A stretch of 64,000 nt of DNA, taken from an uncultured delta proteobacterium (GTDB lineage Bacteria > Myxococcota > Kuafuiibacteriia > Kuafuiibacteriales > Kuafuiibacteriaceae). This document shows positions 31,154-41,035 of this stretch, one piece after another. The notes beneath the pieces were generated by a model. That model was not told the origin of the DNA, did not search any database, and saw only the letters and a list, made by a program, of their open reading frames with translations. The DNA is taken from the NCBI GenBank assembly GCA_963803435.1, contig CAWDML010000001.1, positions 1,696,001 through 1,760,000 on the forward strand, in the 5' to 3' direction. The translations under genes and the position numbers were made by a program. Within the stretch, counting starts at the first letter, position 1; the number at the start of each line of letters is the position of its first letter.

Positions 31154-32023
31154 TCAGAGTCTCAGAGCGCCCTCGGCGATCAGGCTCGCCTTCACGCCCT
31201 CCCGGTAGCTCGGATACTCGAGCGCGCCGATCAACTTCTCGCGGACGAGCGAGCGGCAGCGCCTCCCTCCCAGCCGCATCTCGATCGCTGCCGGCGAGAG
31301 GACCCGCTTCGCGTCCTCGAGCGCGACCGGGGCCGGCGCGACGATCCCGAGGAGCTCGCACGTGTACCGCGCGACGTCGAGCGTCGGCGCCGGGAGCTCG
31401 TCGCACGCGACCACCAGCGGAGGACCCTTGGGCGCGAGCGTCGCCTCCAGGAGGCGCGCCAGATCCTCGACGTGCACGCGGCTGGTCGGCGGGCCGCCGT
31501 CGAAGAGAATGAGCGCCTCTTTCTGGAGCGACTCCCGCAGGGTACGGCCCGGGCCGTAGATTCCGGCGATCCGAACCACCCGCAGCGGCAAGCCGGCGGC
31601 GGCCAGCGCCCGCTCGTACTCGAGGCGGGTGCGACCCTTGCCGCCGACGCTCCGCGGAGGCGTGCTCTCATCGACCCACGCCGTGTCGTCCTCGGGTCTT
31701 CCGAACGCGCCGGTGGTGGACCCGTAGACGAACGCACCCAGCTCGGGGCCGACCGAACGGGCAATCCGCTCCACCTCCACGGAGATGGCCTCGTGGGTCG
31801 GGGGCGGCGCCAGGTGCACGATCACCTGGGCGTCCGCGAGGGCCGCGCGATAGGTCTCCGCGCGATCGCGATCGAGCAGCGCGACCTCGGCGCCGAGCGC
31901 GCGCAGGCTGGCGAGCTTCGGCTCGGTCGTGGTGGTGGCGCGAACCTGATCGCCCTTCGCCAGGAGCCGCCGCGCCAGCGCGCGGCCCGCGTATCCACAC
32001 CCGAGGATCACCACCTTCGTCAT
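31154..32023 (-). CDS. NAD-dependent epimerase/dehydratase (atypical SDR)
   Basis: GCGYAG, RIAGIYGPGR, SRVHVEDLA, YPSYREG. Confidence 0.85.
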   Translation of the reverse strand: MTKVVILGCGYAGRALARRLLAKGDQVRATTTTEPKLASLRALGAEVALLDRDRAETYRAALADAQVIVHLAPPPTHEAISVEVERIARSVGPELGAFVYGSTTGAFGRPEDDTAWVDESTPPRSVGGKGRTRLEYERALAAAGLPLRVVRIAGIYGPGRTLRESLQKEALILFDGGPPTSRVHVEDLARLLEATLAPKGPPLVVACDELPAPTLDVARYTCELLGIVAPAPVALEDAKRVLSPAAIEMRLGGRRCRSLVREKLIGALEYPSYREGVKASLIAEGALRL

Positions 32024-32103
32024 GGAGCGGCGGATGCTAGCACATAGCCCCGCGCAAACACTCGTTTTCCCCAGAAGGGCGCCGGTGATAACATCGGCGG
32101 ACC

Positions 32104-32838
32104 TTGGCGAAGATCTTCAAGAATCCGAGCGTCGGCGGGCCGCCGCTGGCCAAGCCGCGCGGAAAGCCCGTCACCCGCCACCTCAACAACACCAACGACA
32201 AGATCATCGAGGCGGAGGTCGTGGGCGCGACCACCCGCGCCCGTCAGATCTTGCGAGAGGCCGAGGAGGAGGCCCAGCGGATCATCGACGACGCCAACGA
32301 GGGCAAGCGGGAGACCCACCAGCGCGGCTTCGAGGAGGGCCGGCAGGAGGCGCTGGCGCGCTTCACCAAGGACACCACGCAGGCGCTCTTGAAGGTGCAG
32401 AACATGGAGGAGGAGCTCGAGCCCCTCTACATCGGTCTGATCCGCACCTGCGTCGAGAAGATCATCGACGGCGAGCTCCGCCTCCACCCCGACGCCATCG
32501 TGGGTGTGGTGCGCAACGCGCTCCGCGACGCCCGCCAGCAGCGCGAGATCATGGTGCGCGTCCACCCGGCCGACGGCGAGGCGCTCGCCAAGAACAAGCC
32601 GCGGCTCCTGGAGATGCTGGCGCGGGCGCAGACGATCGAGATCCGAACCGACGAGTCGATCAAGCGCGGCGGCTGTGTCGTGGTCACGGAGCTCGGCACC
32701 ATCGACGCCTCGCTCGAGCGGCAGCTGGAAGCGCTCGGGCAGGCCCTGGAGACGGAGCTCAAGGAGGGCGGCCCCCTCGCGCCCGAGTACGACGAGGGCG
32801 AGCTCGATCCCGAGGACGACCCCGGGTACGGACGCTGA
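32104..32838 (+). CDS. sctL: T3SS stator SctL/FliH-like
   Basis: RGFEEGRQEAL, VRVHPAD, GGCVVVTELGTIDASLERQL; precedes the ATPase. Confidence 0.85.
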   Translation: MAKIFKNPSVGGPPLAKPRGKPVTRHLNNTNDKIIEAEVVGATTRARQILREAEEEAQRIIDDANEGKRETHQRGFEEGRQEALARFTKDTTQALLKVQNMEEELEPLYIGLIRTCVEKIIDGELRLHPDAIVGVVRNALRDARQQREIMVRVHPADGEALAKNKPRLLEMLARAQTIEIRTDESIKRGGCVVVTELGTIDASLERQLEALGQALETELKEGGPLAPEYDEGELDPEDDPGYGR

Positions 32839-32841
32839 GCG

Positions 32842-34157
32842 ATGGTTTCGGCGCCCATCAACTTCGAACGTTACGCCCAGCGCGTGCGGCGCACGAAGCT
32901 GACCCGCGTCCGCGGCCGCGTCACCGAGCTCACCGGGCTGATCATCAAGGCGGCCGTCCCCGGCGTGCGCATCGGCGAGATGGTCGACATCATCAACCCG
33001 AACGGCCACGTGCACGCGGAGGTCGTCGGCTTCCGCGACAAGGAAGTGATGCTGATGCCCTTCGGCTTCCCCGAGGGGATCGGGCCCGACTCCGAGGTGG
33101 TGCCCACGGGCCGCTCCTTCGAGATCAAGTGCGGCGAGGGCCTCCTCGGCAAGGTGATCAACGGCCTGGGCCAACCGATCGACGGCAGCACCATCGACCC
33201 GCGCCGCGTCCACGACTGGGCGGTGGAGCGCAACCCGCCCGACCCGCTGGAGCGCGAGCGCGTGCTCGAGCACATCGGCTTCGGGGTGCGCGCGATCGAC
33301 GGCCTGCTCACCATCGGCAAGGGCCAGCGCATCGGGCTGTTCGCCGGGTCGGGCGTCGGCAAGTCGACGCTGATGGGACAGATCGCGAGGAACTGCGAGG
33401 CCGAGGTCGTCGTCTCCTGTCTGATCGGCGAGCGTGGTCGAGAGGTGAAGGACTACATCGAGGAGTCGCTCGGTGAGGTCGGCATGCGGAAGTCGGTGGT
33501 GGTGGTCGCGACCTCCGACGAGCCCTCGCTGGTCCGCAAGAAGTCGGCGTTCGTCGCCACCTCGGTCGCGGAGTAGTTCCGCGATCAGGGCGCGAAGGTG
33601 CTGATGATGATGGACTCGACCACGCGCTTCGCCCGCGCCCAGCGCGAGATCGGTCTGGCCGTGGGCGAGCCGCCGGCCCGCCAGGGCTATCCGCCGAGCG
33701 TGTTCTCCGAGCTGCCGCGTCTGCTCGAGCGCACCGGCAATTCGAGCCTGGGATCGATCACCGCGCTCTACACGGTGCTGGTCGCCGGCGGCGACATGGA
33801 AGAGCCCATCTCCGACGAGGTCCGCGGTATCCTCGACGGCCACATCATCCTCAATCGAAAGCTCGGCGACCGAAACCACTGGCCCGCGATCGACGTGCTC
33901 CCGTCCCTCTCCCGTGTCATGAGCGGCATCGTGGGGAGCGAGCACAAGCAGGCCGCCAGCAAGCTGCGGCAGGTGCTCTCCACCTACGACAAGCAGCGCG
34001 ACCTGATCCTCCTGGGCGCCTATCAGTATGGGGCGGATCCGGAGACCGACTACGCGATCGACAAGATCGAGGCGTGCGAGACTTCCTCAAGCAACGCACC
34101 GATGAGAACACACCGTTCGAAGAGGCGGTGCAGCAGCTGATCTCGCTCTTCGATTGA
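32842..34157 (+). pseudogene. sctN: T3SS export ATPase SctN/FliI with in-frame TAG and frameshift (real lesions or sequence errors)
   Basis: GQRIGLFAGSGVGKST; VAE*FRDQG with TAG at 33574-33576 in place of conserved Tyr; [15 protein letters not shown]; [12 protein letters not shown]; C-terminus DFLKQ...[13 protein letters not shown] in another frame after 34074. Confidence 0.9.
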
Positions 34158-34666
34158 GGCTGACACACGATGGCGAAGCTCCCTCCTATCGGCTCCAGAC
34201 GCTCCTCGAGATGCGGGAGCGCGCCGAGGAGGAGGCGAAGAACGTCTTCGCGAAGGCGATGGCGCAGCTCCACGAGGAGCAGCGCATCCAGAAGGAGCTG
34301 GAGGACGAGCTCCAGCGGATGATCGAGGACCGGAAGCGCCGGCGGCGGGAGTACGCCGACAAGCTGGCATCCGGGGAGATGAAGATCACGGATCAGGCGT
34401 CGGCCTACCGCTACATCGATCGCATGAAGGAGATGGAGCAGGAGCAGCAGGGCCGGATTGACGGGCAGCGGGAGAACGTGCGGGAGGCCGAGAAGCTGGT
34501 GAAGCGCGCGCAGGACGCGCTGATCCAGGCCACCCAGGAGCTGAAAGCCCTCCAGAAACACCGGGAGAAGTGGGCGGATGAGGTGAAAAAGGAGAGGGCC
34601 CTCAAGGAGGAGAACCTCCTCGACGAGATCGGGCAGACCATCTTCCAGCAAAACTCGAGAAAATGA
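34154..34666 (+). CDS. sctO: T3SS stalk SctO/FliJ-like coiled-coil protein
   Basis: YRLQTLLEMRERAEEEAK...KALQKHREKW...EENLLDEIG; directly after the ATPase; start is TTG 34154 or a frameshifted ATG 34170. Confidence 0.78.
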   Translation: MRLTHDGEAPSYRLQTLLEMRERAEEEAKNVFAKAMAQLHEEQRIQKELEDELQRMIEDRKRRRREYADKLASGEMKITDQASAYRYIDRMKEMEQEQQGRIDGQRENVREAEKLVKRAQDALIQATQELKALQKHREKWADEVKKERALKEENLLDEIGQTIFQQNSRK

Positions 34667-34669
34667 GGC

Positions 34670-34697
34670 GCAACCGGCAGCAACAGGCCGCCGATAA
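34670..34697 (+). promoter_or_regulatory. Putative sigma28/FliA-type promoter
   Basis: GCAAC-N15-GCCGATAA; perfect sigma28 -10 box; same architecture at 47120. Confidence 0.6.
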
Positions 34698-34718
34698 TCG
34701 CCACCGAAGGGGCGAGCC

Positions 34719-35597
34719 ATGAGCCGGGTCGATGACAGCGACAACCAGCGAATCCGCGAGATGCAGGAGACGGAGTACCGGAACCGCGTCGATCGCGAGA
34801 AGCGCGACAACGAGGCACGCACCACTCGCTCGTTCAACGAGGTGATGTCGCAGAAGAACCGCGGCCAGCTCGCCAAGCAGGCGGCGCAGAACAAGAAGAC
34901 CTCCGAGGAGCGGGAGACCCAAGGCAAGAACGTCCTCGATCAGGTTCGCGGCCAGGAGAAGAAGGACAAGACGGCGAGCGAGCTGGGGAGGAAGGCCGCG
35001 CTGTCGCGGGCGGCGAACTCGTCGCTGCTCAAGAAGCGCGCGGTGGAAGGTCAAGCGTCGCGCGTCGACAACGAGCAGCGCACCGACGAGCTGACCACGA
35101 AGGGCCAGGACGACAAGGATCGGATCGAGACCGAGGTCGAGCGCGACGACGAGAAGGAGGCCGTCCGCACCGAGGAGCGCCAGGCCGAGCATCGCCTGGG
35201 GAACGAGCACCCCGACCGCGTCGACGCCGACGGCCAGAACCAGCGCCAGCAGCAGCAGCAGCGCGAGCCGGAGCGCGAGGCCGCCGAGGCGATCGGCGCC
35301 GCCGAGGGACCGGCCGCCCCGCACAAGCCGTCGATCCCGCCCGACCTGATCGAGAAGATCGTCGGCCGCCTCTTCCAGGCGATCAACCCCGACGGCCGCA
35401 CCAGCCTCCAGGTGGATCTCAAGGGCGAGGGCCTCGAGGGCGTCACGCTCAAGATCGCGGCCGAGCACGGGCGCGTGAGCTGTACCTTCGAGGGCTGCAG
35501 CCCCGAGCTCAAGTCGGCGCTGCGGAGCGGCAAACCCGCCCTCACGCGCGGCCTCGCGAAGCGCGGCATGAAGCTGGTGGCGCTGCGCGTGTCGTAG
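34719..35597 (+). CDS. sctP: FliK/SctP-like length-control protein
   Basis: Charged disordered N-terminus; C-terminal LQVDLKGEGLEGVTLKIAAEHGRVSCTF...LAKRGMKLVAL; position after sctO. Confidence 0.65.
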   Translation: MSRVDDSDNQRIREMQETEYRNRVDREKRDNEARTTRSFNEVMSQKNRGQLAKQAAQNKKTSEERETQGKNVLDQVRGQEKKDKTASELGRKAALSRAANSSLLKKRAVEGQASRVDNEQRTDELTTKGQDDKDRIETEVERDDEKEAVRTEERQAEHRLGNEHPDRVDADGQNQRQQQQQREPEREAAEAIGAAEGPAAPHKPSIPPDLIEKIVGRLFQAINPDGRTSLQVDLKGEGLEGVTLKIAAEHGRVSCTFEGCSPELKSALRSGKPALTRGLAKRGMKLVALRVS

Positions 35598-35664
35598 CGC
35601 GGACCGGCGTCAGACCTCCAGCACGGACCGCATAGTCCCTTCTCGCAACGACGAGGAGGTAACG

Positions 35665-36900
35665 ATGTGGTGGATCAGAGCGCCCCGTGGCGCCGTCTTG
35701 TTGATTTCGTTTCTCGCGATTCCCTGGAGCTCGGCCTGGGCTTCGTCACGGCAGCCGTCCCTCGCCTACGGGCCGAGTCATGCGGCTGCGATTGTCCATG
35801 GTCTGGTCTCTTCCATCACGTCCTGTGCTGCGAACGATCAGAGCTCGGCCTGGACGTTCGTCGAGCTTCAGGTCATCGACACGCTGGCCGGACATCTCGT
35901 GCCCGCCCCGGGGCAATCGGCGACGCGGCACACCGTACGCTTCAAGCTCGGCGAGTACGCGAACGGGACGGTGGGCGGCTTCGCGGGCACGCCCCGGCTC
36001 GTCCCCGGCGACGAGGTCGTGCTGCTGCTCGAGAGATCGGGCACGCCCGGACAGCCCGCGCTGGTGCCGATCAACCTGGCGGGCGACGGGCTCTATCGGA
36101 TCTTCCAGCTCGGCGGGGGCGCAACGGCGGTCGTCGACGGTGCCGGCCTGCTGGTGCTGACGACGGCCTCGGGAGAGCCGGTCCTGGGCCCGAAGATCGA
36201 GCATGGGGAGGCAAACTTCCCGCCCGGCAACCCGGTGAACCGGCCCGCCGCGGTGACCGACATCCTCGACGCCCAGAGCTATTCGGTCACGTTCGGTGAC
36301 GCTCCGCTCAGAGGGACCTGGAAGCTGGCGGCGCGGTTCAGCGTTCACAACCCGGTCCAGATCACGACCGGATCCGGCACGTATGTCCCCGACATCGACG
36401 GCCGGTGCACCGCGGACCTGTTCGGCGCCTACGACGGCCAGCAGCTCCATGCGACCGGCACATGCCTGGGCCCGTACGTCGGAGACATAAACGTCGACCT
36501 GACCGGCCACGTGGTCGCCGGGCGCTGGCGCGGACAGATCTCGGTGTCGAGCGATCATCCTCAGGAACAGCAGGTTACGTTCCAGTGGGCGTCTCCTCCG
36601 ATCGTCGCCGCGGATGCGGATCGGCTCACGGGGACGATCACGCAGATCCTCGGCGCCACGCCGCCGGCCCCCTCCAACCTCTCGCTGATTCAACCGATCG
36701 CGAACGAGATCGGTCTCATCGGGGCGTGGGTCGGAGGAATCCGTCCCGTGATGACCAAGCAGGCCTTTCTCGACTGGCTCCAGACGACGGCCGCCGACGC
36801 CGGCAACCCGGGCGCCTCGGTCGATTCGACGCCGATGAACGCCGCGCGCTGCAACCAGCTGATTCCCGCGAAGCCCGCGATCGTAGGAGGGTCCCAATGA
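35665..36900 (+). CDS. Secreted hypothetical protein
   Basis: RBS GAGGAGG, signal peptide (SAWA-S); ATGA-coupled to the downstream protease. Confidence 0.7.
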   Translation: MWWIRAPRGAVLLISFLAIPWSSAWASSRQPSLAYGPSHAAAIVHGLVSSITSCAANDQSSAWTFVELQVIDTLAGHLVPAPGQSATRHTVRFKLGEYANGTVGGFAGTPRLVPGDEVVLLLERSGTPGQPALVPINLAGDGLYRIFQLGGGATAVVDGAGLLVLTTASGEPVLGPKIEHGEANFPPGNPVNRPAAVTDILDAQSYSVTFGDAPLRGTWKLAARFSVHNPVQITTGSGTYVPDIDGRCTADLFGAYDGQQLHATGTCLGPYVGDINVDLTGHVVAGRWRGQISVSSDHPQEQQVTFQWASPPIVAADADRLTGTITQILGATPPAPSNLSLIQPIANEIGLIGAWVGGIRPVMTKQAFLDWLQTTAADAGNPGASVDSTPMNAARCNQLIPAKPAIVGGSQ

Positions 36901-38336
36901 TCACCACCATCCGCCGCCTCACACTCTGCGCGTTGTTGTTCGCAGCCACGCCTGCGTGGGCTTACCACTTCTACGACGATCCCAGCGGATCGGATCCTCC
37001 GCGGTGGCGCTCGAACGCGGTGGGGATGAGCATCAATACCATCTCGTTCCCCGCCACCGGGTCTCTGCATGGTCCGATCAACGACACCATCGAGCTCTGG
37101 GACGACGACGAGATCCCCGGCTCAGCGCTCGGCGTCACCGCCGGGTCGATCAACTCGTTGTTCATCTCCAACAACGACAACGTGAACATGGTGGTCGCCA
37201 CCGATCTGGGGACCTGCGAGCCCGGCAACATCGGATTCACGGATCCGCGCATTCCGATCCAGTTCCTCGCCTGGGGGGGTGACTTCGAGGAGGCCGACAT
37301 CCTGTTCAACTCGAACTGCACCTTCACCACCGCGCAGTACTTCGACATGTACGATGCGCTGCGCGCCGCGAACCAGTGGGACATTCGACAGCTGACGATC
37401 CACGAGATGGGGCACTCGGTGGGGCTGGAGCACGAGAACGGGACGTATGACCTGGGCTCGTCGATCGGTGCCGGCGGCGTCTGCTGCTTCCCCGAGATCT
37501 ACGACTATGCCGGCTTTCCCACGGTCATGGAGACATGGACGTCGGGCGGAGCCTTCGTCGCGGACACCGGATATCTCTCCCGTAAGTATGGCGTGAACGA
37601 GGACGATCGTGAGGGCCTGCGCGTGCTGTATCCGACCGGTCCGAGCCCCATCCTCTCCGACCACGACCTGGCGGTGTCGAGCTACTACACGCCCGACGAG
37701 GACACGATCACCCTCGGCTTCAAGGGAACCGACTGCCACAACGCCGTCGGAGCGCGCTCCCGGCCAGATCCGCGCGTCGACCTCTTCGATCTGGCGATGA
37801 GCCAGGGCCTGGCCTTCGGCTCCTGTCCCACCGGGTTCGACAGCGTGCCGCCACCCGAGTACACGCCCCCGCCGGCGACGCCGCTCGAGGTGCTCTCGGG
37901 CGCGACGCTGTCCGTGGTGTTCTCACTGCTGAACCTGGGCACGATCAGCGAGACCGACGTCCCATTCCGCGTGGTCATGACGCAGACGATCGGAGCAACC
38001 TGCCCATCGTCGACCTGCTTCGTGGTGGAAGACGCCAGCCCGGACGTCTCACCGAACACCCCGTACGAACGGACGACGACGTTCACCGTTCCGGATGCTC
38101 CGGACGGCGAGTACTACTTGGTGGCGCAGATCGACTATTCGGGCTCGATCACGGAGCGCGACGAAAACAACAACATCGCGGTGTGGAACCAGAAGCTCGA
38201 GATCGTCTCGCTCGGCTGCGGCTGCTCGACGATCACCGGCTCGTCCGCCCGCCTCGGCTCGCTCTGGAGCCTCGGCGTGCTGGCGTTGCTCGGGGCCCTC
38301 AGGCTCGGGCGCCGCGGCCGGACGCGACGAAGCTGA
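36897..38336 (+). CDS. Matrixin-like Zn metalloprotease with CARDB-like domain and MYXO-CTERM-like tail
   Basis: Signal peptide, HEMGHSVGLEH, Met-turn TVM, YYLVAQID...ERDENNN, GCGCS-TM-RR tail. Confidence 0.82.
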   Translation: MITTIRRLTLCALLFAATPAWAYHFYDDPSGSDPPRWRSNAVGMSINTISFPATGSLHGPINDTIELWDDDEIPGSALGVTAGSINSLFISNNDNVNMVVATDLGTCEPGNIGFTDPRIPIQFLAWGGDFEEADILFNSNCTFTTAQYFDMYDALRAANQWDIRQLTIHEMGHSVGLEHENGTYDLGSSIGAGGVCCFPEIYDYAGFPTVMETWTSGGAFVADTGYLSRKYGVNEDDREGLRVLYPTGPSPILSDHDLAVSSYYTPDEDTITLGFKGTDCHNAVGARSRPDPRVDLFDLAMSQGLAFGSCPTGFDSVPPPEYTPPPATPLEVLSGATLSVVFSLLNLGTISETDVPFRVVMTQTIGATCPSSTCFVVEDASPDVSPNTPYERTTTFTVPDAPDGEYYLVAQIDYSGSITERDENNNIAVWNQKLEIVSLGCGCSTITGSSARLGSLWSLGVLALLGALRLGRRGRTRRS

Positions 38337-38346
38337 GGCGCGAGCG

Positions 38347-38805
38347 TCAGCGCTTCGCCGCCAAGATCGCCCGGAGCCGGGCGTCCTCTCGATCCGACGC
38401 GAAGTAGCGCTTGGTCCCGTTCGGACCCTCGAGCGACATGCAGTACTCGAGCTCCTCGCTCGGCGCCTCGCCGGGCTGACAGCGCCACGTCTTGACCTGA
38501 TAGGCGGCGCGCCGGTCCTCCTGGAGGACGTGGATCGAGAGTCGCTCACCGTCGAGGTTCCACTCGACGAAGTCGATCGACAGCCGGAAGCGCGAGGTCT
38601 TGGCGGTCAGCCCGACGTCGCTGTCGTCCGCCAGGAACAGGGCGTCCACCATCTCCCGCGGATCGTCCGTGACCCGGTCGATCCAGAAGCGCTCCGTCAG
38701 GAACTCCGTCGACGCCGGGTGCAGCGCCGAGCGGCCGGACCAGATCAGGAGGATGACGGCGATGATGACGATCGCCATGATGACCTTCTTCGGTGGCCAA
38801 CGCAT
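38347..38805 (-). CDS. Hypothetical protein with N-terminal membrane anchor
   Basis: MRWPPKKVIMAIVIIAVILLIW, then LTERFWIDRV. Confidence 0.6.
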   Translation of the reverse strand: MRWPPKKVIMAIVIIAVILLIWSGRSALHPASTEFLTERFWIDRVTDDPREMVDALFLADDSDVGLTAKTSRFRLSIDFVEWNLDGERLSIHVLQEDRRAAYQVKTWRCQPGEAPSEELEYCMSLEGPNGTKRYFASDREDARLRAILAAKR

Positions 38806-38842
38806 GCGGCGAAGGATACGCCATCGAGGCGGCCCGTAAGAA

Positions 38843-40474
38843 GTGGCGGGCTTGCGCGGCGCTCCCCACAGGGTTACGAGAACCTTTGGCTTGAGCCGCC
38901 ATCCTCCACCGCCTCCGCCCTCGTCCCTGGTCGACGTCGCGGTTCTCACCCGCCAGGCGCGGGCCTACGAGCCGGGGGATCCGGAGCTCCGGAAGAAGCG
39001 GATCCGCCGCTTTCGTCTCGAGGAGCTCCAGCGGATCCCGAGGGAGCACCGCGATCTCCATCGCGCGCTGCACACCGTGATGCCCGAGGCGTTGTTTCAG
39101 CCCGGTTTTCTGGTCCGGATCTGCGACGTGCTCCAGAAGTACACCGACATCAAGATCGACCTCTGGGCCGACACGATCCGGACGGTCAGGCGGGATCAGC
39201 TCCGGTCGATCATCCCCGGGACCACCTTCCTCGCGATCATCGGCCTGCCGCCGTTCACCGAGAAGCTCGTCGTCGAGGTCGACCTCCGCTTCGTCTACGC
39301 GGCGGTCAACAAGCTGCTGGGCGGTCACGGGATCTCCGTCGACATGCACCGGCCGCTCACCGAGATCGAGCAAGGCGTCTTCTCGTACCTCTTCCTCAAG
39401 GCGCTGGTCCTCTTCCAGGACGAGATCTCCACCGTGGAGCAGGTGGCGGTCCGGCTCGAGGACATGCGCAACGACGTCCGCAGCACGGCCGACATCTTTC
39501 GCACCGAAGACTTCTGGCTGTGCTCCACCTGGAAGATGAACTTCGATCTCGACGTCGGGTACGTGCGCGTCCTGGTGCCCACCTCGCTGGCCCGGCGCGT
39601 CGTCCCTCGACGTGCGCCCAAGGGCTCGCAGCTGGAGGCGCAGATGCACCAGCGGATCCGCCGCCGCATGGCGCGGCTCGGCGGCGCGTATGTGGAGGCC
39701 CGGGTGGAAGCTGGACGGATCGATCTCACCCAGGAGAACCTGACCGCGCTCGATCCGGGCGACATCATCCTTCTCGAGGAGACGCAGGTCAGGTTGCGCC
39801 CGGACGGCTCGGTCTCCGGACCGGCGCAGATGACGGTCGGCCTCGGGACGCGCGGCATCGTGCACGGCGAGGTCGGTGTGCAGCGCGGACAGGTGGTCTT
39901 CCACATCAAGTCGATCGAGGCCATCGAGCTCCCCGAGGAGCACGATCCCCAGCTCCTGCACGGCGAGCACGGGAACCCAGAGGAGGTCATGGCGGAGTAC
40001 GAGGAACGGCCCGAGGACGAGGCCGAGGACGGCGCTTCATCGGCGGACGAGGTACTCGACGAAGACTTCGGGCTCGACGACGAGAACGAAGGCGACGACG
40101 AGCAGTACGAGTACGAGGAAGACGGCTACGGGGAGTACGACGAGGAGCAGGCCTACCAAGAAGAGGAAGAACAACAGGACGCCGGCGGCGGGGAAGACGA
40201 GGTCCCCATCGACGACGACGACAACCTGGCCGAGGCCGAGCCGCTGCTCGGCGACATCCCGATCGCGGTGGTGGTCGAGCTCGGCCGGGTCCAACTGACC
40301 GCAGACGAGGTGATCCGGCTTCGCGCCGGACAGCTGATCGAGCTCGGCCGATCGCCGGCCGATCCGGTCGACCTGGTGGTGAACGGGAAGCTCCTGGCGA
40401 AGGGCGAGCTGGTGGAGATCGAGGGGGCGCTGGGCGTGAAGCTCCTGAACCTGGTGAAGGACGGTTCCGAATGA
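38843..40474 (+). CDS. sctQ: T3SS cytoplasmic ring protein SctQ (FliM/FliN-like) with acidic linker
   Basis: RPLTEIEQG, two SPOA domains (LDPGDIILL; DIPIAVVVELGR...VNGKLLAKGELVEIEGALGV); start may be TTG 38891. Confidence 0.87.
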   Translation: MAGLRGAPHRVTRTFGLSRHPPPPPPSSLVDVAVLTRQARAYEPGDPELRKKRIRRFRLEELQRIPREHRDLHRALHTVMPEALFQPGFLVRICDVLQKYTDIKIDLWADTIRTVRRDQLRSIIPGTTFLAIIGLPPFTEKLVVEVDLRFVYAAVNKLLGGHGISVDMHRPLTEIEQGVFSYLFLKALVLFQDEISTVEQVAVRLEDMRNDVRSTADIFRTEDFWLCSTWKMNFDLDVGYVRVLVPTSLARRVVPRRAPKGSQLEAQMHQRIRRRMARLGGAYVEARVEAGRIDLTQENLTALDPGDIILLEETQVRLRPDGSVSGPAQMTVGLGTRGIVHGEVGVQRGQVVFHIKSIEAIELPEEHDPQLLHGEHGNPEEVMAEYEERPEDEAEDGASSADEVLDEDFGLDDENEGDDEQYEYEEDGYGEYDEEQAYQEEEEQQDAGGGEDEVPIDDDDNLAEAEPLLGDIPIAVVVELGRVQLTADEVIRLRAGQLIELGRSPADPVDLVVNGKLLAKGELVEIEGALGVKLLNLVKDGSE

Positions 40475-41034
40475 AGCTCCCCATACTATTCGTGTTGATC
40501 GCGCTGGCCTCGCCCGCCCGGGCGGACCCGGCCCCTGCCGGCTCTTCGACGATCGCCAGCACGGTCTGCGCCGACGACGACGAGGTCTGCAAGGCCGAGG
40601 CGCGACGTCACCTCGAGGCCATTCCGCTCGAGCCCAACCTGGGGCTGGGCGGCGACGGCCAGCCGACGGACGCGCCCTCGCTGGCCTTCATGTTCTTCAA
40701 GATGCTGCTGACGCTCGGGGCGGTCTGCCTGCTGGCGTATCTGTCGCTCGGCAAGCTCCTGCCCAAGATCCTCCGGGTGCAGGCGCCGATCGCCGGGCAC
40801 CGGATCATGCACGTGGTCGACCGCCTGCCGATCGATCAGCGCCGATCGGTCATGATCATCAAGACCGGCGAGCAGCTCTACTTTCTCATCGGAGTCACGG
40901 AGCACGGGATCTCGCTCTTGTCCCGGCTCGACTCCGACGACGTCGACACCGCGCTGGCGACGGTCGCCGCCGAGCCGCCCCGCCTCGGCCGATTTGCCCA
41001 GGCCCTGATGGGCCGATCAGGGAAGGAGAGTTGA
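40471..41034 (+). CDS. fliO: FliO-like protein
   Basis: Signal peptide, TM KMLLTLGAVCLLAY, MHVVDRLPIDQRRSVMII...LIGVTEHGISLL; lies between sctQ and sctR. Confidence 0.72.
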   Translation: MKLPILFVLIALASPARADPAPAGSSTIASTVCADDDEVCKAEARRHLEAIPLEPNLGLGGDGQPTDAPSLAFMFFKMLLTLGAVCLLAYLSLGKLLPKILRVQAPIAGHRIMHVVDRLPIDQRRSVMIIKTGEQLYFLIGVTEHGISLLSRLDSDDVDTALATVAAEPPRLGRFAQALMGRSGKES

Positions 41035-41035
41035 G

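Noticed and set aside
33574-33576. Amber recoding or pyrrolysine readthrough in sctN
   Set aside because: TAG is an ordinary stop for sucC, icd, sctP, sctV and alaS here; the site is a conserved Tyr and no pyl genes are seen
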